Assembly: GCA_034521595.1 (NCBI GenBank)
Contig: JAXHMG010000003.1
Location: 2,016,001 to 2,080,000 of the forward strand
Origin: Gemmatimonadota bacterium
GTDB lineage: Bacteria; Gemmatimonadota; Gemmatimonadetes; Longimicrobiales; Gaopeijiaceae
DNA: 64,000 bases
Direction of reading: 5' to 3'
A model generated the notes under the pieces. It made no database searches, was not told where the DNA came from, and worked only from the letters and a program-made list of their open reading frames with translations. The position numbers were made by a program, and so were the translations under genes. Positions 22,044-31,839 of the stretch are shown piece after piece; the stretch's first letter is position 1, and every line of letters begins with the position of its first letter.

Positions 22044-22257
22044 TGCTCCGGTGATCGTCGACCAGCCGGTGTCCCGGGCCGGAGCGGCCGGGGCGGGGCG
22101 CTCGTCCGGAGGAGCGGCTCTGCGGAGGGACTCGGTCGGCCCTCCGCAGAGCGAAGCCAACCTCCGGTCCTCCGACCGTCCCGCCTCCCGGCGAAGCGGC
22201 CCGACTCCGGACGAGCGCCCCGCGACTGCCGCGCAGCTCCCGCCCACAACACCCGTC
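22044..22257. repeat. Structured repeat directly 3' of tuf, module A copy 2
   Basis: Near-identical to 2008-2222. Confidence 0.85.
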
Positions 22258-23451
22258 CTAGTCGATGATCTCCGTCACCACGCCCGCGCCCACCGTGCGA
22301 CCTCCCTCCCGAATCGCGAACCGCAACTCCGGGTCCATCGCAATCGGCGTGATCAACTCCACTTCCATCTGCACGTTGTCGCCAGGCATCACCATCTCCA
22401 CTCCATCCGGAAGATGCGCCGCGCCCGTCACGTCCGTCGTCCGGAAGTAAAACTGCGGTCGGTATCCATCGAAAAACGGCGTGTGACGTCCACCCTCTTC
22501 CTTCGTCAGCACGTACACCTCCGCCTTGAACTTCGTATGCGGCGTGATCGTGCCCGGCTTCGCCAACACCTGGCCCCGCGCGATCTGGTCCTTCTGCACC
22601 CCGCGAAGCAACAGCCCCGCGTTGTCCCCAGCCCGCCCTTCGTCCAGCAGCTTCCGGAACATCTCGATGCCCGTCACCACCGTCTTCTTGTCCTGCTCCA
22701 TCCCCACGATCTCCACCTCGTCCCCCACCTTCACCACACCCCGCTCGATCCGGCCCGTCGCAACCGTCCCTCGGCCCGTGATGCTGAACACATCCTCCAC
22801 CGGCATCAGGAACGTCTTGTCAATATCACGCTCCGGCTCCGGAATATACGCATCCAGCGCCTCCACCAACTCCTGGATGCACGCCGTATCCTCGTTCTCC
22901 TCCCCGGCGGCCTCCATCGCCTTCAACGCCGATCCCTTGATCACCGGAATGTCGTCACCCGGAAAATCATACTCGCTCAGCAGCTCCCGAACCTCCAACT
23001 CCACCAGCTCCAGGAGCTCCTCGTCATCCACCATGTCCACCTTGTTCATGAACACGACGATGTAGGGCACGTTCACCTGACGCGCCAGCAAAATGTGCTC
23101 CCGCGTCTGCGGCATCGGTCCGTCCGCCGCGCTCACCACCAGAATCGCGCCGTCCATCTGCGCCGCCCCGGTGATCATGTTCTTCACATAGTCCGCGTGC
23201 CCAGGACAGTCCACGTGCGCATAGTGACGGCTCTCCGTCTCGTACTCCACGTGCGCCGTCGCAATCGTGATCCCCCGCTCCCGCTCCTCCGGCGCCTTGT
23301 CGATCATGTCGAACGCCACCGCATCCCCACCAAACTTCTTCGCCTGCGTCAGCGTGATCGCCGCCGTCAACGTCGTCTTCCCATGATCCACGTGGCCAAT
23401 CGTCCCCACGTTCACATGCGACTTCGTCCGCTCAAACTTCGCCTTGCCCAT
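22258..23451 (-). CDS. tuf: Elongation factor Tu (tRNA-operon copy)
   Basis: Protein identical to 2223-3416. Confidence 0.99.
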   Translation of the reverse strand: MGKAKFERTKSHVNVGTIGHVDHGKTTLTAAITLTQAKKFGGDAVAFDMIDKAPEERERGITIATAHVEYETESRHYAHVDCPGHADYVKNMITGAAQMDGAILVVSAADGPMPQTREHILLARQVNVPYIVVFMNKVDMVDDEELLELVELEVRELLSEYDFPGDDIPVIKGSALKAMEAAGEENEDTACIQELVEALDAYIPEPERDIDKTFLMPVEDVFSITGRGTVATGRIERGVVKVGDEVEIVGMEQDKKTVVTGIEMFRKLLDEGRAGDNAGLLLRGVQKDQIARGQVLAKPGTITPHTKFKAEVYVLTKEEGGRHTPFFDGYRPQFYFRTTDVTGAAHLPDGVEMVMPGDNVQMEVELITPIAMDPELRFAIREGGRTVGAGVVTEIID

Positions 23452-23553
23452 CGGTATCCTCTTAGATCGTTAGGCTTTCGAAAGCGGGACTGTCGACTCC
23501 CGCGACCACTGGCTCACGCAGCGCGTGACCGACACGGTGCCGAAGCACCTGAA

Positions 23554-23625
<72 letters not shown>

Positions 23626-23662
23626 GGGACTCCCCCAACCACACGCATTCTTCGTCACATCA

Positions 23663-23736
23663 AGCGGGAGACGGGACTCGAACCCGCGACCCTCAGCTTG
23701 GAAGGCTGATGCTCTAGCCAACTGAGCTACTCCCGC
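23663..23736 (-). tRNA. tRNA-Gly(TCC)
   Basis: GCGGGAGTAGCTCAGTTGGCTAGAGCATCAGCCT-TCC-AAGCTGAGGGTCGCGGGTTCGAGTCCCGTCTCCCGCT. Confidence 0.95.
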
Positions 23737-23792
23737 GATGCCTTCCTTCGACCGGCATGCCGCTGCCGATCGTCCTGACCTGCTGACCACCA

Positions 23793-23874
23793 TGGTGGGG
23801 GGAGGATTCGAACCTCCGAAGGCAATGCCAGCAGATTTACAGTCTGCCCCGTTTGACCGCTTCGGTACCCCACC
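23793..23874 (-). tRNA. tRNA-Tyr(GTA)
   Basis: GGTGGGGTACCGAAGCGGTCAAACGGGGCAGACT-GTA-AATCTGC, long variable arm, GGAGGTTCGAATCCTCC. Confidence 0.95.
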
Positions 23875-23996
23875 TCAACGTGCTCCCGAACCGATACCGC
23901 CGGGGCACCCGTCCCGTCCCACTCTTCTTACAGGCACGAGAGTGGAACGCGAACCACCGCCGCGCTCCGGCGACGGCCTTTCTGAACGAGCTTCGG

Positions 23997-24025
23997 AAGG
24001 TAATCGGTGCCTGGGGGGGCGTAAA
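23997..24025 (-). promoter_or_regulatory. Putative sigma70 promoter for tRNA-Tyr-Gly-Thr-tuf
   Basis: TTTACG-17 nt-TACCTT; same -10 hexamer as the rpsL promoter. Confidence 0.55.
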
Positions 24026-24107
24026 GGGCATAATCCGGGGGCGGGAGTCTCGCCAAGCACCGCGTGCGCCTACCCTGCCGATGACCAGCCGTAGCACCAG
24101 GCCGGCA

Positions 24108-24180
24108 AGCTGGCGAAGGGACTCGAACCCCCAACCTGCTGCTTACAAGGCAGCTGCTCTACCAGTTGAGCTACGCCAGC
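24108..24180 (-). tRNA. tRNA-Thr(TGT)
   Basis: GCTGGCGTAGCTCAACTGGTAGAGCAGCTGCCT-TGT-AAGCAGCAGGTTGGGGGTTCGAGTCCCTTCGCCAGCT. Confidence 0.95.
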
Positions 24181-24206
24181 GCTCGCCCGACCCTTAACAG
24201 CCCGGC

Positions 24207-25205
24207 TCAGCCCACGACCTGAGCCGCGAGCTCTTTCAGGCTGATCTCGGGCCGCGGACCCACGTGCCCGATCACCTCCGCGGCGGCCAGGCTGCCCAGC
24301 CGACCGCAATCGTACAGGGAGCGGCCGTGGGTCAGCCCGTGCAGGAAGCCGGCCGCGTACTGGTCTCCGGCCCCGGTGGTGTCGACCACCTTCTCGACCG
24401 GCGCGGCATCGACCACGTGCATCTCGTCCTTGTCCACGACGACCGACCCCTTCTCGGAACGGGTCAGTGCCGCGATCGAGCAGTCCCGGCGGACGTGCTG
24501 CAACGCCTCATCGAAGCTCTCGACCTGGTAGAGCGACTTGATCTCCGCCTCGTTGGCGAAGAGCACGTCTACGTGACCGTTGATGAGATCGCGAAAGGAT
24601 TCGCGGTGCCGGTCGACACAGAACGAATCCGAAAGGGTGAGCGACACCTTCCGTCCGGCGTCGTGCGCGAGCTTCGCCGCCTTCACGAACGCGGCCTTCG
24701 CCTCGGCCTCATCCCAGAGATAGCCCTCGAGATACGTGACCTGGGCGCGAGCCAGGAGATCCCCGTCGATGTCGTCCGGGCCGAGCTTCACGCAGGCACC
24801 CAGGTACGTGTTCATCGTCCGCTGGGCATCGGGGGTGATGAAGATGAGGCAACGGGCCGTCGGGGGACCGTCCGGCGTCGGCGGAGTGTGGAACTCGACA
24901 CCGATCGCCGCGATGTCGTGCCGGAAGATCTGGCCCAACTGGTCGTCGGCGACCTTCCCGACGTAGGCCACGCGTGAGCCGAATGAGGCCAGGCCGGCCG
25001 CCGTGTTGCCGGCCGAGCCGCCGGACGTCTCCACGCCGGGCGCCATCTGGTCGTACAGGCTCTCGGCCTGCTCGGCGTCGATCAGGCTCATGCCACCCTT
25101 GGCCATGCCGAGACGCTCGATGGTCGCGTCGTCCGTCTTGGCCAGCACGTCGACGATGGCGTTACCGACGCACACGACGTCGAGATCGGGGGAATTGTCG
25201 CTCAT
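24207..25205 (-). CDS. Adenosine kinase (PfkB family)
   Basis: GNAIVDV, SGGSAGNT, QRTMNTYLGA, LEGYLWD, FANEAE, VDTTGAGDQYAAGFL. Confidence 0.85.
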   Translation of the reverse strand: MSDNSPDLDVVCVGNAIVDVLAKTDDATIERLGMAKGGMSLIDAEQAESLYDQMAPGVETSGGSAGNTAAGLASFGSRVAYVGKVADDQLGQIFRHDIAAIGVEFHTPPTPDGPPTARCLIFITPDAQRTMNTYLGACVKLGPDDIDGDLLARAQVTYLEGYLWDEAEAKAAFVKAAKLAHDAGRKVSLTLSDSFCVDRHRESFRDLINGHVDVLFANEAEIKSLYQVESFDEALQHVRRDCSIAALTRSEKGSVVVDKDEMHVVDAAPVEKVVDTTGAGDQYAAGFLHGLTHGRSLYDCGRLGSLAAAEVIGHVGPRPEISLKELAAQVVG

Positions 25206-25221
25206 ATCTATTCGCACCTCG

Positions 25222-25250
25222 TTTATACTTTGAAACCATTTACAGGACAT
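25222..25250 (-). promoter_or_regulatory. AT-rich promoter with an overlapping LacI/cre-like palindrome
   Basis: ATGTCC-17-TATAAA on the minus strand; TGAAACCATTTACA at 25231-25244. Confidence 0.4.
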
Positions 25251-25330
25251 ACGACCGGCGCCACGGGGCCCGACGCTCGCCGGAAATCCCCGTCATCACC
25301 TTCCGCGGACGGTCGGCTACGGGTCGTCGC

Positions 25331-26170
25331 TCAGGGCTTCCGGAAGTGGAAGATGCCCCAGGCCAGATGGCCCTTGCGGCCACCATTGATCCAGTGGCCC
25401 AACCCTGTCTTCATGCGCTCGAGATATTCCGGAGAGATCCGGTCGCTGATCTCCTGCTCACGAGACTTGGTCTCCTCCAGCACGCGGTTGTAGTGCCGCG
25501 GCAACTGCGGCGTCGCGTCCTCGAAGTCCACCAACTCGAGCCCCAGCTTGGCGGCCTCCGAGCGGTAGAACGCCGGCGACCCGAGCGTGTCCAGGTGGAT
25601 ACGGTCCAGAATGGGCTGCAGCACCCCGTCGGGACAGTCGTCGGCCTGCATGGGATCAGTGAAGATGAAGTGGCCGCCCGCCTTGAGCACGCGTACCGCT
25701 TCCTTCAGCACCTTCGGCCGGTCCCCGCTGTGCAGGAACGCATCCTGGGACCAAACGACGTCGTAGCTCTCGTCTTCAGCCGGGACGTGCTCGAAGCTGG
25801 CATCGACCACGTCGATGAGGTGGTCGAGCCCCTGCTCCTTGTTCATCACGCGGTCACGCTCGTTCTCGGCCTCGCTGAGGTTCAGCGCCGTGACGTGGCA
25901 CCCGAAACGCTTCGCGAGATACCGGGCGGAGCCACCGTATCCGGCTCCGAGATCCAGCACGCGGCTCTCGGCGGTGATGACGTCGGCCAACCGATTCGAC
26001 ATCTGCTCGACCGTACGCCGGCTGGCGTCCCGGATGGGCTCGTCCTCCGACTGGTACCAGCCGATATGGAGGTCCTCGCCCCCCCAGATGATCGAGTAGA
26101 AGTTGTCCGCGTCCTCGCTGTTGTAGTATTCCCGCGCCGTTTCAACGGCCGCTGAGTAGTCGTCACTCAT
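25331..26170 (-). CDS. Sarcosine/dimethylglycine N-methyltransferase (SDMT)
   Basis: AREYYNSEDADNFYSIIWGGEDLHIG, VLDLGAGYGG, WSQDAFLHS, FTDPMQAD, YLERMKTGLGHW. Confidence 0.9.
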   Translation of the reverse strand: MSDDYSAAVETAREYYNSEDADNFYSIIWGGEDLHIGWYQSEDEPIRDASRRTVEQMSNRLADVITAESRVLDLGAGYGGSARYLAKRFGCHVTALNLSEAENERDRVMNKEQGLDHLIDVVDASFEHVPAEDESYDVVWSQDAFLHSGDRPKVLKEAVRVLKAGGHFIFTDPMQADDCPDGVLQPILDRIHLDTLGSPAFYRSEAAKLGLELVDFEDATPQLPRHYNRVLEETKSREQEISDRISPEYLERMKTGLGHWINGGRKGHLAWGIFHFRKP

Positions 26171-27032
26171 CGGTGCTGTCCTCCACGTCGGGTGGGAGCG
26201 AGTCATACGACTTCTGTGCGACGTGGATGAAGAAGTCCGGCTTCTCGGCCCGGTGGGTTTCCTGGAAGTCGCCGTACGTATCGATCCGCTGGAATCCGAC
26301 CTCCTGCATGAGCCGGCGAACGTAGTCCCTCCGCAGCGGGAACATGTTCAGGAAGTATTCGGATCCGTCGGCGAACTCGTACCGGAATCGCGCCAGCCCC
26401 TCATCCACGTAGTCGGGCTCGGCCTTCACGTCATCGCCGCAGTAGTAGTAGGTGTGCTTGCTGGAGAAGCCCTCGTCCAAGATGCGATCGTAGTTGCGCT
26501 GATCGAGGACCAGGATGCCGTCGTGCTTGAGCATCGCGTAGTATTCGGCGAGCGCCTTGCGGCGGTCCCGCTCGGAGAACATGTGCGTGAACGAGTTCCC
26601 CAAGCAGATGATCGCGTCGTACTCGCCGTGGACGTCACGGTTGAGCCACCGCCAGTCCGCGAGCACCACGCGAAGGATGTGACCACGCCCCTTCGCGTTG
26701 TCGAAGGCCTTGATCAACATCTCGGCGCTTCCGTCCGCGCTGACGACCTCGAATCCGGCCTCGAGCAGGCGCACCGAATGGAATCCGGTGCCCGTGGCCA
26801 CGTCCAGCACCTTCCTCACACCGTGCTGCCGCATGACCTCGAGGAAGAAGTCGCCTTCCGACTTGGCGCGGTTGTCCCAGTCGATCAGGTCGTCCCACTT
26901 GTCGACGAAGCCCTTGACGTATTCCTGGGGGTAGTGGTCGGTCTGTCGCTGTTTTACGGGGTCCTCACCGAACTCCTGCTCGTGCTTGGACCCATCGATC
27001 GCGTTGGGCGCGGAACCCTTTTCAGTCGGCAT
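26163..27032 (-). CDS. Glycine/sarcosine N-methyltransferase (GSMT)
   Basis: FVDKWDDLIDW, VLDVATGTGFHS, ICLGNSFTH, LDQRNYD, SSKHTYYYCG, TYGDFQET. Confidence 0.9.
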   Translation of the reverse strand: MPTEKGSAPNAIDGSKHEQEFGEDPVKQRQTDHYPQEYVKGFVDKWDDLIDWDNRAKSEGDFFLEVMRQHGVRKVLDVATGTGFHSVRLLEAGFEVVSADGSAEMLIKAFDNAKGRGHILRVVLADWRWLNRDVHGEYDAIICLGNSFTHMFSERDRRKALAEYYAMLKHDGILVLDQRNYDRILDEGFSSKHTYYYCGDDVKAEPDYVDEGLARFRYEFADGSEYFLNMFPLRRDYVRRLMQEVGFQRIDTYGDFQETHRAEKPDFFIHVAQKSYDSLPPDVEDSTDE

Positions 27033-27359
27033 CAGTAACCTGTGGGATTTTGGGGATCGTCCTGTGCGAATGTAAGTCGGCAGCTCGCGAATTTCTGGAC
27101 GATTCGCAGGCGAGCGGTGCTCGGGCCTCCGAGGCACGACGCATCGGAAGCCCGCATCGGAACCCAATCAGGTCCGCTCGAACCGAAGCTCATAATCGGA
27201 GCGCCGAATTGTTGGTGCCCGGCAGTATCGGGGACGGCCGACCATAACGATGGCCCCCCCTACCGCATCGCTGCAACCCTGGAGGCCGCGCGACGCAAAC
27301 GGGCAGCGTAGCAATCCAATGTAGTGAAGGATCGCCGATTTTACGAATCGGCCCGGACG

Positions 27360-28793
27360 CTACCCCACGAATTTCCAGCGTGTCCCGCCCGATTGGTCCT
27401 CCAGAACGACCCCGTGCTCGGCGAGCTCGTCCCGGATGGCATCGGCTTCGGCGAAGTCCTTTCGCCCACGCGCGGCCGCGCGTGCTTCGATCCGTTCCTC
27501 GACCCACGTGGCGAGCTCGTCGTCGACCGTGCGGCTGGCGTGGGCGACCTCGAGCAAGCCGAGAACCTCGTCCATCGAGCGGAGCCGGGCGAGCGCCGCG
27601 TCCCGGTCGCCGGGGCGAAGCCGGTCCCGACCCTGCAGCTCTGCGTTCGCCGCTCCCACGAACGTGAACACGGCCCCCAGCGCGTCGGCGGCGTTCAGGT
27701 CCGCGTCCATCGCCGACCGGAACCGTTCGAGCGCCTCCTCGGCGAGCTCCGCCAGGGACGTGGGCTCCGCGCTTCCGTCGGTGCCGAATTCCTCGAGCCG
27801 GGCCTCGAAGTCGAGCAGGCGCTGCACGGCCGCGCGCGACGACTCCAAGCCCGCACGGGTGAAGTTGAGCTCCCCCCGGTAGTGCGAGGAGATGAGCAGG
27901 TGGCGGATGGCCGCCGGATCGTACCCCTCCTCCAGCAGCTCCCTGACCGTGATGAAGTTCCCGAGCGACTTGGACATCTTACGTCCCTCGACGAACAAGT
28001 GCTTCACGTGGAGCCAGTAACGCACGAATGGCTTGCCGGTGGCCGCCTCCGACTGGGCGATCTCGTTCTCGTGGTGCGGAAAGACGAGATCCTCTCCGCC
28101 GAGGTGGAGGTCGAGGGTATCGCCGAGCTCGGTCACGCTCATGACGGAGCACTCGAGGTGCCATCCCGGGCGGCCCCGGCCCCAGGGAGCGTCCCACGCG
28201 GCTCCGGCTTCCTCGTCGTCCGGAGTCGCCGCCTTCCACAGCACGAAGTCCCGCGCGTCGTCCTTCGTGTATTCGTCCTGAGAGACCCGGGCACCGCTAC
28301 GGAGCGTGGAGACGTCGATCCCCTTGAGCTTACCGTAGTCCGGGAATTTGGCGATGGAAAAGTACACGGCTCCGTCCTCGGCCTGGTACGCGTGCCCGGA
28401 CTCCAGCAACCGGCCTACGAAGTCGATCATCGGCTGGACGTACTCCGTGGCCCGGGGATACGCGTCGACCGGCCGCACACCGAGCTGGGCGGCGTCGTGG
28501 AGGACGGCCTCCCCGAACGGCTCGGTGAAGGCACGCACGCCGACCCCTGCCTCCCGCGCCCGGTTGATGGTCTTGTCGTCCACGTCCGTGAGATTCATGA
28601 CGAATTGGACGTCGTACCCGGACCACTCGAGGTAGCGATGCACCAGGTCGAAGAAGAGGAACGTCCGGAAGTTTCCGATGTGCGCGTGGTCGTAGATCGT
28701 GGGTCCGCAAGCGTAGACTCGTACACGGCCCTCCTCGAGCGGCTCGAAGGGTCGAAGGTCTCGGGTCGCGGTGTCGTAGAGCGTCAGGGACAT
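27360..28793 (-). CDS. cysS: Cysteine--tRNA ligase
   Basis: CGPTIYDHAHIGN, GRPGWHLECS, FPHHENE, KMSKS. Confidence 0.97.
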   Translation of the reverse strand: MSLTLYDTATRDLRPFEPLEEGRVRVYACGPTIYDHAHIGNFRTFLFFDLVHRYLEWSGYDVQFVMNLTDVDDKTINRAREAGVGVRAFTEPFGEAVLHDAAQLGVRPVDAYPRATEYVQPMIDFVGRLLESGHAYQAEDGAVYFSIAKFPDYGKLKGIDVSTLRSGARVSQDEYTKDDARDFVLWKAATPDDEEAGAAWDAPWGRGRPGWHLECSVMSVTELGDTLDLHLGGEDLVFPHHENEIAQSEAATGKPFVRYWLHVKHLFVEGRKMSKSLGNFITVRELLEEGYDPAAIRHLLISSHYRGELNFTRAGLESSRAAVQRLLDFEARLEEFGTDGSAEPTSLAELAEEALERFRSAMDADLNAADALGAVFTFVGAANAELQGRDRLRPGDRDAALARLRSMDEVLGLLEVAHASRTVDDELATWVEERIEARAAARGRKDFAEADAIRDELAEHGVVLEDQSGGTRWKFVG

Positions 28794-28854
28794 GGCGCGC
28801 GGGGATTCGGGGGGCGGAACGTTGGAACTCGAGACGGACGCAGAGGGTGTCGGG

Positions 28855-29581
28855 TCACGGCGTGGCGCCGGCCGCATCACTCACCTCGTCGACAATGGCG
28901 GCGAGCGCGGCGGCCGGATCGGAGGCACGGGTCACCGCCCGGCCCACCACCAAGTAGTCGGCTCCCGCTCTCACGGCGGCGGCCGGCGTCGCGACACGCT
29001 TCTGGTCGCCCGGCTCCGAGGCGGCCGGTCGGATGCCCGGCGTGACGACCAGGAAATCGGAGCCGACGTTCTCGCGAACGTCGGCCGCTTCCCCGGGGGA
29101 GCAGACCGCCCCATCCACCCCCGCCGCGTCCGCCTGCCGGATGAGACGGACGACTTCGCTCGGCACGCGCGCCACGGATCGGCCCCACACCTCACCGAGG
29201 TCCGCGGCGTCGAGCGACGTGAGCACGGTCACCGCCAGCAGCCGGAGCGCAACGGGACGCACGCCGGCCGCTTCGCGGGCGGCGTGCGCGGCCGCTTCGA
29301 GCATGGAGCTCCCTCCGGCCACGTGCACCGTCAACAGATCGACTTCGAGATCGGCGGCCGCGCGCACGGCGGCCGCCACCGTATTGGGAATGTCGTGCAG
29401 CTTGAGGTCGAGGAACACCCGCTTTCCGGCCGAAGTGAGCTCGCGGACGAAATCCGGACCGGCCCGAGTGTAGAGCTCCAAGCCGACCTTGTAGAAATCG
29501 CCCGCGTCGCCGATGCGCTCCACCGAGGGCCCGGGCCTCGTCGGCCGAGGGGACGTCGAGGGCCACGATCACGCCGGGCAC
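28855..29581 (-). pseudogene. pyrF: Orotidine-5'-phosphate decarboxylase with a single extra base (frameshift near 29524; possibly a sequencing error)
   Basis: N-terminal VIVALDVPSADEARAL lies in one frame; VERIGDAGDFYKVG...FLDLKLHDIPNTV...VTPGIR...VVGR lies in the +1 frame. Confidence 0.85.
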
Positions 29582-29584
29582 GGC

Positions 29585-30499
29585 TCAGGCCTCCACCGGC
29601 TGCAGATCGTCCCAGGCCCCGATGCCGTGCCGCCGGCCCCAGCGAACGAGATCGCGCGCGATGCGCGGACCGACGCTCGGGAGCGCGAACGATGCGGTTC
29701 CGACCTGCACGAGCCGGGCACCGGCCCGGGCGTAGGCCGCGGCGTCCTCCGCGCGGCCGACGCCGCCCACACCCACGAGAGGAAGACCCGTATGCTCTCG
29801 GGCCTCACGGACCGCCCGCATGCCCGACGGGCGCAGCGCCGGTCCGCTCACCCCTCCCGGCCCCGCCCCGATCACGGGCGCCCCGGTTCCGGGATGCAGG
29901 AGGAGGCCGGGGAGCGTGTTCACGAGCGTCAGGCCGTCCGCGCCCGCTTCGGTCGCGGCCCCGGCCGTCGTGGGCAACCGGGTGTCGTTCGGCGCGAGCT
30001 TCGCGAGTAGCGGACGCTCCGTCCGCTCGCGGCACCCCCGGACGATCGTCCGAACCTGCTCCGGGTCGAGCGCGAATGGCGCGGCGCTCCGGTCTCGATC
30101 GTTCGGACACGACAGGTTCAGCTCGAACCCGATGAACCCGTCGGCATCATCCAACCCCCCCACGAGCTCGAAGAATTCCTCGACGGTGTGGCCCGCCACG
30201 CTCACGAAGACCCGAGCCCGCCGCACGTTCGCGGCCAGCCACGGGAGCTTGTCGCGCCGGGTCGCGGCGAGGCCCGGGTTGGCCAGGCCGACCGAGTTGA
30301 TCATGCCGCCGTCGAACTCGGCGACGCGCGGCGCGGGATTTCCGGTCCGCGGCTCCACCGTCACCGATTTCGTGACGAACCCACCGAGTGCTTCGAGGTC
30401 GACGACGTCCTCCAGCTCGATGCCGAACCCGCACGTCCCGGCGGCCAACAGCACGGGGTTCTGAAATCCGACACCGAAGACCTCCGTGTCGAGCTTCAC
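29585..30499 (-). CDS. pyrD: Dihydroorotate dehydrogenase (class 1 catalytic subunit)
   Basis: NPVLLAAGT, GNPAPR, NSVGLANPG, ELNLSCPN, KLAPN, GGVSG. Confidence 0.92.
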   Translation of the reverse strand: MKLDTEVFGVGFQNPVLLAAGTCGFGIELEDVVDLEALGGFVTKSVTVEPRTGNPAPRVAEFDGGMINSVGLANPGLAATRRDKLPWLAANVRRARVFVSVAGHTVEEFFELVGGLDDADGFIGFELNLSCPNDRDRSAAPFALDPEQVRTIVRGCRERTERPLLAKLAPNDTRLPTTAGAATEAGADGLTLVNTLPGLLLHPGTGAPVIGAGPGGVSGPALRPSGMRAVREAREHTGLPLVGVGGVGRAEDAAAYARAGARLVQVGTASFALPSVGPRIARDLVRWGRRHGIGAWDDLQPVEA

Positions 30500-31839
30500 C
30501 GGGAACGCATCTCGGTCAACCTGGTCAACAGCTCCTCCTCGAGCGCTTCGAAGCCCACGGCCGGACGACCATGCGCGGCCAGAACGTAAGGGCTTCGGGG
30601 ATGCCGCTCCAGGCGGGCACGAAGCTCCGCTCTACGGTCGCCACGCTCCGTCAGATCGAGCGCTGCGAGCAGCGCCTTGGGCGCCCATGGCTCGTCCGTC
30701 GCGGCATTCGCGTACGCCAGGAAGAGCCCCCGGGCGACCCGTTCGGCACCGAGGTCGTCTCGCGCGATCTCGCCCGCCAGGAACCAGGCCAAGGGCGTAT
30801 CCAGCCCAGCGAAGGCCAGTCGCTCCACGCTGTCGATGGCTTCGAGCATCGCGGCGACCTCCGGGTCGTCGCCGGCCGGGAGCAGCAACGATCGCAGAGC
30901 ATAAGCGTCACTCACGTCGTTCGCCTCCGCCAACGCCCACCGGGCGAGCGTGAGCCGGCCCGACGCCGCCGTCGAGCCCCGGCCGTCGGCGACCCGACGC
31001 GCCCGCTCCTCCGCGGCCGTGCGCCGCCCGGCCCGCCGTAGGAGGCGCGCGTGCTCGAGCACCATGCGGTCCCGCGGATCCCGCGGCCAGGCCGCTTCGT
31101 GCGCGCGAGCGAGCAGGTCGGCCGCCGCGTCGGCACCCCACAACCGTTCCACTTCCCTCAACGCTCCGAAAATCGCATCGGATCGGGTCGCCGCCTCCGG
31201 ATGGGAGAGAAGACGCTGCACCGACTCCTCGGTCCGGTCGAAGTTCTCCAGCTCGAGTCCCCACCGCAGCCGCTCCAACGCCGCTTCCACGCGGAGGGGT
31301 GGATGCTCGGTCGCGGCGCGGTCCAGGTCCCACCACCCCGCATCGGGAATCCCCCGCGCCAACAGGAGCCGCCCGCGGTGCAGATGCCCTTCGCCCCGGA
31401 CCGCCGGGGCGCTCGCACCGGCCAGCGCCTCGTTGAACAGCGCCAGGGCGGCGTCGGCGTCGCCGAGCTCCGCCTCGACGATCCCGGCGTACACCTGTGC
31501 GGCAAGGCGCTCGTCGGGATCCTCGGCGAGCCCCGCGCTGTGCTCGAGGGCGGCACGGGCCGCGTGGAGGTCGCCCGCTCGCAGATGCGCCCTGCCGAGG
31601 AGGAAGGCCGCCTCGTAGGCCCACCCTCCGGTCGGGTCGCTCCGGAACCCGTTCGCCGCCTTCCGGATGACGTCGCGGTACAGCGTGTCGGCCAGCGCTT
31701 CCCGGCCCTCGCGGCGGTGCCGCTCGGCATCCGCGAAGAGGTGCTCCGCGTTGTAGATGGCGTTGTAGTACGTACAGGCGGCCCCGACGATCAGGATCCC
31801 CGTGAGAGCCGTACCGGACCGGCTCACCGGGATCCGCAT
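30496..31839 (-). CDS. TPR-like helical-repeat lipoprotein
   Basis: Lipobox-like GAAC followed by TYYNAIYNA; Ala/Leu-rich helical repeats. Confidence 0.65.
   Translation of the reverse strand: MRIPVSRSGTALTGILIVGAACTYYNAIYNAEHLFADAERHRREGREALADTLYRDVIRKAANGFRSDPTGGWAYEAAFLLGRAHLRAGDLHAARAALEHSAGLAEDPDERLAAQVYAGIVEAELGDADAALALFNEALAGASAPAVRGEGHLHRGRLLLARGIPDAGWWDLDRAATEHPPLRVEAALERLRWGLELENFDRTEESVQRLLSHPEAATRSDAIFGALREVERLWGADAAADLLARAHEAAWPRDPRDRMVLEHARLLRRAGRRTAAEERARRVADGRGSTAASGRLTLARWALAEANDVSDAYALRSLLLPAGDDPEVAAMLEAIDSVERLAFAGLDTPLAWFLAGEIARDDLGAERVARGLFLAYANAATDEPWAPKALLAALDLTERGDRRAELRARLERHPRSPYVLAAHGRPAVGFEALEEELLTRLTEMRSR

Noticed and set aside
27033-27359. Riboswitch (SAM, glycine, c-di-AMP) upstream of GSMT
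   Set aside because: No conserved core motifs recognised by eye; an Rfam scan would be needed to exclude one fully
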